Source of the DNA: Malacoraja senta
Taxonomy: Eukaryota
Length of the DNA: 64,000 bases
Assembly (NCBI GenBank): GCA_038087875.1
Contig: CM075990.1
Location: forward strand, 15,316,001 to 15,380,000
Direction: 5' to 3'
Shown here: positions 52,402 to 62,965 of the stretch, piece after piece
Position numbering within the stretch: position 1 is the first letter of the stretch
Layout: the number at the start of each line of letters is the position of its first letter
The notes under the pieces: model-generated
The model's database searches: none
What the model saw: only the letters and a program-made list of their open reading frames with translations
What the model was told of the DNA's origin: nothing
Position numbers and translations under genes: made by a program

Positions 52402-52624
52402 GTGTAGGAAGGAACTGCAGATGCTGGTTTAAACCGAAGATAGACACAAAAAGCTGGAGTAACTCAGCGGGACAGGCAGCATCTCTGGAGAGAAGGAATG
52501 GGTGACGTTTCGGGTCGAGACCCTTCTTCAGACCCAGACCATCCTCAACCCCGAAACGTCACCCATTTCTTCTCTCCAGAGATGCTGCCTGTCCCGCTGA
52601 GTTACTCCAGCTTTTTGTGTCTAT
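52402..52624. mobile_element. Penelope-derived palindrome, consensus-like
   Basis: gtgtaggaaggaactgcagatgctgg...gatagacac...cttcag, then cccgaaacgtcaccc...gtgtctat. Confidence 0.9.
52499..52536 (-). ncRNA. Candidate minimal type-I hammerhead ribozyme
   Basis: Minus strand reads UGGGU-CUGAAGA-A-GGGUC-UC-GACCC-GAAAC-GUC^ACCCA. It has both core boxes, a stem II, a palindromic loopless stem III (ACGU) and a 5-bp stem I. Confidence 0.7.
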
Positions 52625-53479
52625 TATTATTATTATTATTATTATTATTTATTTGTCATGTGGACAAATTTGTCATTTGGACCCCTTGAGGTCCAAACGA
52701 AATGTCGTTTCTGCAGCCATACATCACAAAACGAAGAAGACCCGAGACACAACACAATTTACACATACATCCATCACAGCGCTGTGATGGAAGGCAAAAA
52801 AAACGTATCTCTCCACTGCACTCCCCCCCCCCCCCGATGTCAGAGTCAAAGTCAAAGCCCCCGGCGGGCGATGGTGATTATCCCGCGGCCATTAAAGCCA
52901 CGCCGGTTAATGCAAGGTCGCGCACCGGGTCTTGGTGTTAGAGCCCCGGCGCACGCTCGCAAAGGGCCGCGGCCATTCCAAGCCGTGCGGGGCGACGATG
53001 TAAAGCTCCAGGTGCTCTTCAACCCCGCAACTCGGGCGGGAGAAGTCGCCGCTGCGGAAGCCCCGAAAAGCGGTCTCCCCCCCCCAGGGACCCACGGGCT
53101 TCCGGTGTTGCCGTCCGCCAGACCCGCGGTTGTACCCTCCGAATCTCCGGGGGTCGGGTCGCAGCAGCGATTGTCTCCACCACAGCTCCACCCGCTCCGG
53201 ACTCGGTCAGCCCCGTGACGGTGAATAGTCCGCAGCTCCGCAACTGGAGCCCCAGGTCGTTCCTGCTGGAGGCCGCTCCACGTTGCCCAGCCCCAACGAC
53301 AACGGAGACCCGACAAAGAAAAGGTCGGGTCTCCCGTGCAGGGGAAAGATTTTAAAGTTTCCCCCCCAACCCCACCCCCACCCCCACTCCCCCCGACAAA
53401 AAAAAGAATAAAAACTACATAGAAACGAGACAAAAATAATAAAAAGACAGACGGACTGCAGAGGCCGCTGCTGACGAGA
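52625..53479 (-). mobile_element. Unclassified CpG-rich non-autonomous retroposon, copy 2
   Basis: Reverse complement of 8199-9070. TSD GTCTAT at 52619-52624 and 53480-53485. (AAT)n tail. Confidence 0.85.
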
Positions 53480-53934
53480 GTCTATCATGCAGAACAAGAA
53501 TTTAATTGTACATCTGTAGACATGACAATAAATAAACTAACTAACTAACTAATAAATGGGCAGCAGAGTGGCACAGCTAGTAGTGGTGTGGCCTCACAGT
53601 TCCGTCAACCTAAATTCAATCCTGACCTCTAGTAGTGGCTGGGGTGAGGTTTCCATATTCTGCCCTTGATCCTGTGAGTTTTCTTCAGGTACTCTCATTT
53701 CCTTCCATAGTCCACAGATGTGTGGGTTAAAGGTCCACTGGAAGTTACCCCATTGTGTGTGGATCATTGGACTATACGCAACAAAAGCTTTTCACTGTAC
53801 CTCGGAACATGTGACAATAAAATTAAACCAAAATAAAACAACTAAACTAAACTAAGGGGAGTTAATGGAGAATGTGGGGAGAATTAAGCCTCCACCACCA
53901 TCACGACCCAAGTGTGGAACCATGTAACGTCTTC

Positions 53935-54480
53935 TGTAAGACTAGCACAATGAATACACGTCCGACATCTTGTAAGAAGGATTTAATCTGCACAACCAGG
54001 AAACTTCTAGTAGGTCACATGACCTTAGTCACCAGGCACAGGCACATTTGCCAGCTTCTGCTTTTGGCCTCAAGGGGCACTGGCATTTATATTACATATA
54101 CATCACATCTCCCCCTTCAACGTTGGGGTCAAAACTAATAACTTGAACATTAATCGATTTAATGTGGATAAAGCACCACAAATAACACATACTACAAAAC
54201 TATAAAATAAATGCCTTACAATTTTACATGACATGTTGAGTTGGGGGTTTTGACAATCGCCCACTTCTCGTGCAAGTCGTATTTCCATCTCGTTCTGTGT
54301 GGTATTTCTGTTGTGTGCGAGTGTGGCTTGGCACGCTTCGAGCCGGTTCCCCCACCACAGAACCTTGTGATGCGGCCTGTGATAGTTCTCTTGAGTCTGG
54401 GTGACTAGCTCCTTCTGGGAGAGGGGTTCCTCCTTGTGGGAGAGTGTTCGTGCTCGTCTGCTAACTCCACATCGACAGCA
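53935..54480 (-). mobile_element. Gypsy-type LTR retrotransposon remnant: 3' LTR (53935-54107), PPT and pol end
   Basis: Minus strand: TRSGRLSKPP (54242-54271), a stop, a purine tract ending gggggaga immediately before the LTR, then TGTGATG...ATTAAA...TTACA (173 bp). Confidence 0.75.
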
Positions 54481-54667
54481 GCAGAGTTCAGGATTGGTGT
54501 GAATGGGTGTTTGGAAGGGCCGAAGGGGCTATATCTGTGCTGTTTCACCCAATGAATCTCGATGGTTCTAGTTCTAGTGCTGCTATCTTGCGTTCAGATA
54601 TGGGTGAGAGTTGGCTACAGCCTTCTAGACCACCTCAATTTTTTCAATGCCTGTCCCTCTAATTGTT

Positions 54668-55122
54668 TAACTCAGCGGGACAGGCAGCATCCCTGGAGAG
54701 AAGGAATGAGTGACGTTTCGGGTCGAGACCCTTCTTCCGACTGATGTCAGGGGAGTGGTCGGTACAGAGATAAAAATGTAGTCAGAGTGAGGCCCAGCGC
54801 AAATTGGAGGAACAGGACCTCATATTTCGCTCGGGTAGCTTACACCCCAGCAGTATGAACATTGACTTCACTAACTTCAAGTAGCCCTTGCTCTCCCCTC
54901 TCTCTCCATCCCCTCCCGCATCCCAGTTCTCTGACCAGTCTTACTGTCTCCGACTACATTCTATCTCTGTACCGCCCACTCCCCTGACATCAGTCTGAAG
55001 AATGGTCTCGACCCGAAACGTCACCCATTCCTTCTCTCCAGAGGTGCTGCCTGTCCCACTGAGTTGCTCCAGCATTTTGTGTCTATCTTCGATTTAAACC
55101 AGCATCTGCAGTTTTTTTCCTA
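54668..55122 (+). mobile_element. Penelope-like element 3' end with inverted partial pLTR
   Basis: 54783-54884 translates QSEAQRKLEEQDLIFRSGSLHPSSMNIDFTNFK* (GIY-YIG C-terminus). Hammerhead core at 54995-55022. 54668-54783 is the reverse complement of about 54952-55065. Confidence 0.88.
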
Positions 55123-55571
55123 CTCCTCTCATAGTTTCTTTCTATATCCAGTGAAAACAGTCAGGTTCTGCGTAATTAATTTAAATTTCAACACAGTGGA
55201 TTGGTACTATGGATTGGAGCTGGATACCGGAATGCACTTTGTATTTTAGTGTTCAAAGTTTAAAGGCTTCAGAGATAGATTCCACTGCAACCGTGCAGAT
55301 GGAAGCCAAATATATGCTGAGGGAAATGTTCTAACTCTGTCGCACACTTGCCCGACCATTAGATTTTATCTGCAGGCGCTGTTCCTTGAGATAAGCTTAT
55401 GTAAAGGCTTTGTGTCTTTCTACAGTCCATGGTGACAGGCCGGCTAATTGAAGTGCTTAGTGTGTCAGACAGAACAACTTTATTCCCAGTTTGGCCATCC
55501 AGCGATATAATCTGTTCTGTGAGGGTGATTTCCACCTATGGAGCAGCCAAACACTTTACCACTGCAATAAA

Positions 55572-55760
55572 CAGACACAAAAAGCTGGAGTAACTCAGCG
55601 GGTCGGGCGGCATCTCTGGAGAAAATAAAGAGGTGACGTTTCGGGTCGTGTCCCTGCTTCAGACAATAAACAGACTGCTGGAGGTACTCAGCAGGTCAAT
55701 CAGCATCTGTGAGGGAAATGGACAGGCGGCGTTTCAGGTCCGGACATTTCTTTCAGCGCA
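55572..55760 (-). mobile_element. Two Penelope pLTR fragments
   Basis: agacacaaaaagctggagtaactcagcggg...cttcagac. The first is flanked by the repeat caataaacagac. Confidence 0.75.
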
Positions 55761-55794
55761 AAACGTACTCTGAAGCAATTCTGGTTACCCCATT

Positions 55795-56600
55795 AAGTTA
55801 TGAGAAGAAGGCAGGAGAATGGGGTTCGGAGGGAGAGGTAGATCAGCCATGATTGAATGGTGCAGTAGACTTGATGGGCCGAATGGCTTAATTCTGCTCC
55901 TATCACTTATGATGATGAACTTATGAATAATGTGGAAGCTTCTTAGATGGTGCAGAGGAGGTTTATCGGAATGCTGCATGGATTAGAGGGTTTCTGCTGC
56001 AGGGAGAAGTTGGATAGACGTGGATTGTTTTCTCTGGAACGCGAGAGGTTGAGGGGAGACTTGATAGAAGTACATGAAATGATGAGAGGCATGAATAGGA
56101 TAGATATTCAGAACCTTTGTCCCGGGGTGGAGATGTCGAACACCGGAGAGCTTGGCCTTAAGGCGAGAGGTAGACAATATAATGGAGAGTAGACAAAAGT
56201 GTTGGAGAAACTCAGCGGGTGAGGCAGCATCTATGGAGCGAAGGAAATAGGTGACGTTTCGGGTCGAGGCCCTTCTTCAGTCTGAAGGAGGGTCTCGACC
56301 CGAAACGTCACCTATTTCCTTCGCTCCATAGATGCTGCCTCACCCGCTGAGTTTCTCCAGCATTTTTGCCTACCTTCGATTTTTCCAGCACCTGCAGTTC
56401 TTTCTTAAACAATATAATGGAGAAGTGAGGGGCAAGGTTTTCTCACACCGAGATTAATGGAGGGGCTGTAACGCATTGCCAGGGGTGGTGGTGGAGGCAG
56501 ATACAAGAGTGGCTTTTAAGAAGCTTTAAGTTAGGCACATGGATTTGCAGGTAATGGAGCGATATGGACCACGTGCAGGCAGATGAAATCAGTTCAGCTT
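55795..56600 (+). mobile_element. CR1 fragments
   Basis: VQRRFIGML...GLFSLERERLRGDLIEV, plus 3' UTRs. Confidence 0.85.
56189..56408. mobile_element. Penelope palindrome with 15-bp TSD
   Basis: TSD acaatataatggaga at 56174-56188 and 56409-56423. Arms of about 92 bp meet at cttcag-t-ctgaag. Confidence 0.92.
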
Positions 56601-56909
56601 GGCATGATGTTCGGCACTAACATTATGGGTCGAAGGGCCCGTTCCTGTGCTGTGCAGTTCTGGAATGGAATGCCTTTTATTGTCATTCAAACAACTAGGT
56701 TTGAACGAAATCTCATTTTCTACAGTTTTTACATGTTCTACAAGTCTTGTGTTCGATATGTTTTCCTTGCCTTCATCATTAACCTCAATCCCATCATAGA
56801 AGATCAGGCATAGATTAGTGCTATGGTGAAATGTACAATGAAGTGATCATTCCTGGAAATGGTCAAATCTAAGTTTATTTCTCTTCTGTTTTTAAGACTG
56901 TGAAGATAA

Positions 56910-56942
56910 TTGATTCACTGTCATCTTGTATTGCATTTGCAG
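56910..56942 (+). promoter_or_regulatory. 3' splice acceptor of LRMDA last exon
   Basis: Branch-like tgattcac, a pyrimidine-rich tract and TTGCAG immediately before the conserved peptide. Confidence 0.85.
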
Positions 56943-57022
56943 GTATCTTTGCGAAATGCCGATATGTGTATCACGGAAAACATTCGGAGGGGAACAGGTT
57001 CATTCGGGACGACCAGCTTTGA
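56943..57022 (+). CDS. LRMDA: Terminal coding exon of LRMDA (leucine-rich melanocyte differentiation-associated, C10orf11), phase-1 start
   Basis: Follows the acceptor tcatcttgtattgcatttgcAG (AG at 56941-56942). GT+ATC TTT GCG... translates (G)[25 protein letters not shown], with TGA at 57020-57022. This matches the recalled human LRMDA C-terminus [26 protein letters not shown]. Confidence 0.93.
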
Positions 57023-58510
57023 GAACGCTTCTGTTCACTGCCCGTGTGTATATATATTTTTGGCGGGTAAAAAGATTGACTTCTTTTTTCCAAAATAGGA
57101 AGGAGAGAGAAAAAGAAAACCACAGAGAGAATACAACTTCAGCCTGCCAGTGTCTTCTGCTGACTTTGCCATGCCTGTCAAGATCAACCTTTCATTCCAG
57201 TCTGAGCAGCCATATAGAAATTGACATGATTGCCTTTAAGCAGGTCCCCTGTAACGCCATGACAGGCAGCTGTATGCCTGACAGGATGAGCTTCATGATG
57301 GATTGCCTTGTAGAACTGCTGCTCATGGGAGGCCAGAGGTCACAGCTGATGTTGAACTGAGCATTCTTATTGCATCACCACCAAGTTCCAGAAAGTCACA
57401 TTAAGCCCCTGCACCACTCATTAGTATGACTTGTTGTTGAGTAATGTGAAAATTCTCTTGCATTTTATAGATGACCATGGACACGATGAAATAAATAGTC
57501 ATACCTAAACTGCAAATCCCTCTGACTGACCAACATTATTTCAGGGATTTTATCCTGATTTATGTTTTGCCTTGTGGGTCTTATTTTGATGTTGGAAAGA
57601 TTAAATATCAACCCCATTAGATGAGCTTCTCGTTTTAACTTTGATCAGTGAAGGCTCACGAACAAAATTGACAACTCTGGCAGGCTGGATAGATTATACT
57701 TGTATCTCTGTGTGGCTTTGACTTTCGGTTCTATTCGAAACCGGTCTATCTTCACAGGGTTTTTTTTCATGCAGAAGAACATAACTGAACTGTGTGCGAA
57801 GATATATTTGCGATATTATATTTGTGCTGCATATTTAATTAGAATTTACAATTTATCCCCACTGTAAAAGGTGACAACATATTTTGGGGCTTTTTTTCTG
57901 TGTTCAATGCTGTTCAGTTGCAGTCCAATATATTTTTTAATATGAAAACAATCTTGCATTGAGATAATGCACAGTATTAATTCAGTATTTGGACTTCTCC
58001 AGCAGTTATGTTTTTTAACACAGTGCAGTGTGCCATTGAATTCATATGTAATTCTGGAATGGATATGTTCCTGTTTTATATTTAGCAATGACTAAATGGT
58101 TCAGTCTGTATACTTTTCCACACAGTACACCATTGTTGTTCTCTCCCATTTAATGGAATAACTAAATATTTGCATGCATGTTTTTCTCTAAATAGTTTTC
58201 CTGTTGCATTTGATAGAGAAAATGTTCCAAGTATCTTGTTTACAGTTTACAGTGGATTCATTGACAAGCGATAACTAAAATTTACTCTAAACAATATGAA
58301 ATGTATGCATATATTTACATATACCAAGACTATTGTTTTGATTTAAAAACTAACAAAGTAGACCTCACAGCTTAATTAATCTCTTTATGACCAATGATTG
58401 CACTAAGATAAGCTCCAGTCTTTTGCCAAAGTTATTTGCAACAATTTGTTATTGAGCTCAAATGGCTGTTTCACTTTACCAAATAAAAGCATTAACCAAA
58501 ATGTTGGATT
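57023..58510 (+). other. LRMDA: Putative LRMDA 3' UTR
   Basis: Repeat-free, AT-rich stretch after the stop codon. AATAAA at 57490-57495 and 58482-58487; the second is followed by a T/GT-rich tract. Confidence 0.55.
58482..58487 (+). terminator. Candidate polyadenylation signal
   Basis: AATAAA followed about 15-40 nt later by tgttggattcttcttggttgtg, near the end of the repeat-free region. Confidence 0.45.
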
Positions 58511-59162
58511 CTTCTTGGTTGTGACACAGACATTTGCTCTGCTTCAAGTCTTTAGAGTGATGTACAGGTAAAGCATTTCAGACATGGACTGACTCTGCAA
58601 TATGTGCCGCCACTTTGCACACTTGCTCTCTGATTGCTGATTATATTTTTAATGTACATTTTTCCATTTATTTCAGTGGTGTACAAATGAAGAGATAACA
58701 GACTTATAACATTTTATTTTAGAAGTTTATTGCTGATAACCAGATTCAGAAACAGCTCCTTCCCTGCGGTTAACAGATTACCGAACAGTCCTCCTATAAG
58801 ATAGGATGTAGTCCCAATCTCCCAACCTACCTCACTGTAGCTCTTACAATTTTTTAAAATCTCTACTTTCTCAGTAAATGTAACGCTATAATGCTTGAAA
58901 CACTATATTCTACACTCTGGAATTTTTCTCTGTACTATATCTTATACTTGTGTAATACTTGATTGTACTCATGCATAGTATGATTTGACTGGATAGCATG
59001 CAAACAAAGATTTTCACTGTGGCGGTATATGTGCCAATAATGAACTAATAACAATTTGAGTTGAAGCACAGACCAGTCAAGATGCACCAATTATGCAAGT
59101 TTTTTACCACTTCATTTGGGCAACCAAATCCATTGAAAAATTTCCTTTTATTATTAGACTTA

Positions 59163-59766
59163 AGCCCCTGTCCCACTTAGGCGATTTTTTTCGGCGACTG
59201 CAGGCGACTAGGCTGTCGGCACATGGTCGCGGGGTGACGCCTGTATTGCTGTGAGTTGTCTCCTCAAGTCGCCTAAAGAGTCGTAACGTTTTTCTGGTCA
59301 CCGCTGGATTTTGAAATGTTCAAAACTTTTTGCCGACTGTAGGCTTGATGTAGCTTGTCTTCTCCTGTCGTAGGTGCTGTCGTAGGTTGTCGCCAGGATG
59401 ACGCAGGTTGTCGCCGGGTGACGTTGGTTGTCGCCGGGTGCTGACTTTGGTGAATTCCATTGGCGACTATCTACGTCGACCGGCGACAGGTACCGGCGAC
59501 TGAATTGTCTTCAGTTGTCGCCGACAGGGTCGTTACTTGCCGTAGCTTGTCGCGGGTGGACGTAGGTTGTCGTGGGCGTGGTCGTAGGTGTACGTCCTAA
59601 TGGGACGCCGGTTGTCGGTAGCTTGGCATAGCTTGACGTCGACCAGGTGGTAGGTTGTCGTAGACATTGTCGTAGGGGGGTCCAGTCGCTGGTTTTTCGG
59701 TGACCTACTACGACTGTGACAGTCGCCGGCAGTCGCCGAAAAAATCGCCTAAGTGGGACAGGCCCA
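59163..59766. mobile_element. PIF/Harbinger MITE (604 bp)
   Basis: TIR cctgtcccacttaggcgattttt, TTA TSD, and internal gtcgtaggttgtcg repeats. Confidence 0.9.
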
Positions 59767-59769
59767 TTA

Positions 59770-60082
59770 GACTTTACTTTCGACTTTAGAGTTATAGCGC
59801 GGAAACATGCCCTTCAGCCCACCAAATCTGGACCAAATGGTGATCCCCATACACTAACACTATTCTGCACACTAGGGACAATGTACAATTTTGATCAAAG
59901 CCAATTAACCTACAAACCTGTACATCTTTAGAGTGTGGGAAGAAACCGGAGCACCTGAAGAAAACGCAAGTGGTCACAGGGAGAAGGTACAAACTCCGTA
60001 TGGCCAGCACCCAAAGTCAGGATCAAACCCAGATCTCTGGTGCTGTAAGGCAGCAACTCTACCACTGCTCCACAGTGCCTCA
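59770..60082 (-). mobile_element. HE1-type SINE
   Basis: Reverse complement of the SINE consensus. The MITE sits in its tail. Confidence 0.88.
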
Positions 60083-60296
60083 CTCTGACACCTGGACTTG
60101 AGATTTTTTTATTTTTTGCATGCGCACAGACTCTGGATTTTATCATGCCATTGCATCAGGCAAAGTTTGACACACAGACAACAACTTGGCTGCTCAACAC
60201 CTGGCTTGAGATCTAACTATTCCTTTGGTTTATGTTTCATTCGCAAGAAGAAGAAGATGAGGCAAAGTAAAGTAAAGAAAAGAGCACATTTCATTT

Positions 60297-60396
60297 CAGT
60301 CTGAAGAAGGGTTTCGGCCCGAAACGTTGCCTCTTTCCTTCGCTCCATAGATGCTGCCGCACCCGCTGAGTTCCTCCAGCAATTGTGTCTACCTTC
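60297..60396 (+). mobile_element. Penelope pLTR fragment with hammerhead core
   Basis: ctgaagaagggtttcggcccgaaacgtt at 60301-60328. Confidence 0.85.
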
Positions 60397-61952
60397 ATTT
60401 TTATAGTTGTACTATCTTAACATTTAAGAAACATTTAGACAGATTCATGGATTGGACAGATGTAGAGGGATATTGGCTAAACGCTAGCAGGTGGGACTAG
60501 TGTAGATGTGACATGTTGGCCAGTGTAGGCAAGGTCACCATTTGTGAAATGAATGAATTTGGATAGAATTTTAATCATGTTTTTAATTGGTTTCAAAATG
60601 TATTTTAATTTAATTGAACTCTTAATTTAACATTTTTGATTCTATTTTATACTTTAGTATTTTTAATGGTCTGATTCATTTTTATTTTTTGCAAGAGTTC
60701 AAAGTTTTTTTTCAACATTTTTTTAGTTGGGTCATTTTCTGTCTTCACCACATGGGGCAATGTTTCCCCTGGGAGAACCTACTGAAGAGCACTGTCGATG
60801 AAGATCTGGGCAGCTTGGTTGTGGGACTTGAACCTTGAACTGTACACAGGTTTAAAATTAAAGCGACCACACGGGTATCACTTCAACAGCCAGGAATGTC
60901 TGATCCAATGACCAAGGCCCTTTACATAGAGCGATGTGGGCATAGGTCTTAGATATTGGTCAACTTGGATCCCAAAAGAGGTTAAAAAAATATTCATTGA
61001 AAGTTTAATTTGGTTTTTTATTGTTACCTGTACTGAGGTAGAGTTTTTGTTGCGTGCTATCCAGTCAGCGAAAGGACCACACAACCAAGCCATTCGCAGT
61101 GTACCAATACAGGATAAAAGCAATGATGTTTAGTGCAAGATAAATTCCTATTCGATAGTCCAAGGGGTCTCCATTGAGATAGATGGTAGCTCGGGACTGC
61201 TCTCTAGTTGGTTATAGGATGGTTCAGTTGCCTGTTTTTACAGCTGGGAAGAAACTGTCCCTGAATCTGGAGGAATTTGACCGAGTGATCTTCTGCCCAA
61301 AAGTATTTTGTGCATGAACTTTGGTTGCATCAATCTGTTTATGACTGGCAACCTTCCACCTTGTGACATACAACCTCAGACCCACGGACTTTTTTAGGCG
61401 GTTCCTGGACTGTTGAAGAGTTAGCCGATAGCAGACAATTCAGTGGAACATTATTTTTTCCTTCTTATTATTTTCCGTGCCTTGGCCAATGTGGAACTCA
61501 CCAGTCCCAATCTCACTCAGGAGGTTTGGGCCCAATGTGTCATCAAAGGATTAGATTTTGCCAGACACACTGACGACCTATTCACGTGCAATTTATGTCA
61601 TAAAGAATCTCCTCACAGAAAATCATTGTTTTTCGAAGGTATTGAGAAATCTCCAAACAAAAACGAACAAATGTTTCCATTTATTTTAAATCCATTAATT
61701 GTGTAGCATGCCAGATTGAATGCTAGCTTAAGGCAACAGTTGAACAACAGTGTGTCATTGAATTTTGTGTGTCTGCTGAACAAAATAGTACCGGAAATAC
61801 ACAATTAGGAGTTTTGATTTGAGTCTCATAAACTGTGCAATGGGGATATCAACATCCACTCCCGGTACTGGCAAAGTACCATCTAAAAGGCTTTGATCAC
61901 ATGAATTAAGAAAAGGAAAAGGCCACTCTGCCCCTCGAGTCTGTTCTGTCAT

Positions 61953-62465
61953 TCATAGAGTCATAGAATGATACAGTGTGGAAACAGGCCCTTCGGCCCA
62001 ACTTGCCCGAACCGGCCAACATGTCCCAGCTACACTAGTCTCACTTGCCTGCGCTTGGTCCATATCCCTCCAAACATGTCCTATCCATGTACCTGTCTGT
62101 TTCTTAAATGATGGGATAGTCCCAGCCTCAACTACCTCCTCTGGCAGCTTGTTCCATACACCCACCACCCTTTGGGTGGAAAAGTTACCCTTCGGATTCC
62201 TATTAAATCTTTTCCCCTCTAATTTGAACCTATGTCCTCTTGTCCTCTATTCCACTACTCTGGGCAAGAGACCCTGTGCATCTACCCGATCTATTCCTCT
62301 CATGATCTTATACACCTCTAAGATCTCCCCTCATCCTCCTGCGCTCCATGGAATAGAGACCCAGCCTACTCAACCTCTCTCTATAGCTCACACCCTCTAG
62401 TCCTGGCAACATCCTCGTAAATCTTTTCTGAACCCTTTCAAGCTTGACAATATCTTTCCTATCAG
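61953..62465 (-). mobile_element. CR1 LINE 3' fragment
   Basis: VGVWNKLPEEVVEAGTIPSFKK and a (tatgactc) tail. Older CR1 pieces continue to about 63100. Confidence 0.9.
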
Positions 62466-62874
62466 GTTATTGCCAATCTAAATGCAGTTTCAACTCTGCA
62501 TCTGCATTGACCTTTAGTAACCTTTCACCCCCTTGTTTATCAAGTCACCGTCTAAATCTACTTAAAAAATATATAAAACATTTTCTTCCTTCTCCCTTTG
62601 AGGACAAGTGTTCCAAACAACTCTCAATACTCGGAGGAAAACAAATCCTTGCCTCATCTCTGACTTAAATGGGTGAGTCCTTATTTTTAAAGGATGCCCC
62701 TTAGTTCTAGAATCTCCCATGGGGAAATATCCTTTCAACATCTGTGTTGTCAATACCCTTCAGGATTGCAGATGTTTCAATCAAGTCCTCCCTCCTTCTA
62801 AACTTCAATGCATGTAAGCAAGCCTCATCTGTCTAACTTTTTCTTTTGAGACCACCAAGTGTTAGTTCGGTGAG

Positions 62875-62965
62875 GACAGACACAAAATGCTGGAGTAACT
62901 CAGCAGGTTAGGCAGCCTCACTGGAGAAAAGGAATAGGACATTTTGGGCCGAGACCATCTTCATA
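62875..62965 (-). mobile_element. Penelope pLTR fragment (another degenerate copy at about 63540-63730)
   Basis: agacacaaaatgctggagtaactcagcagg... Confidence 0.75.

Larger units (their letters stand above)
1..56942 (+). other. LRMDA: Probable last intron of LRMDA (5' end outside the window)
   Basis: No upstream LRMDA exon (e.g. the YTPLP-containing exon) was recognised by eye. LRMDA introns are very long in other vertebrates. Inference. Confidence 0.65.

Noticed and set aside
56910..57360. ORF-track ORFs overlapping the LRMDA exon
   Set aside because: Wrong frames. The conserved peptide is in the third frame and is entered by splicing.
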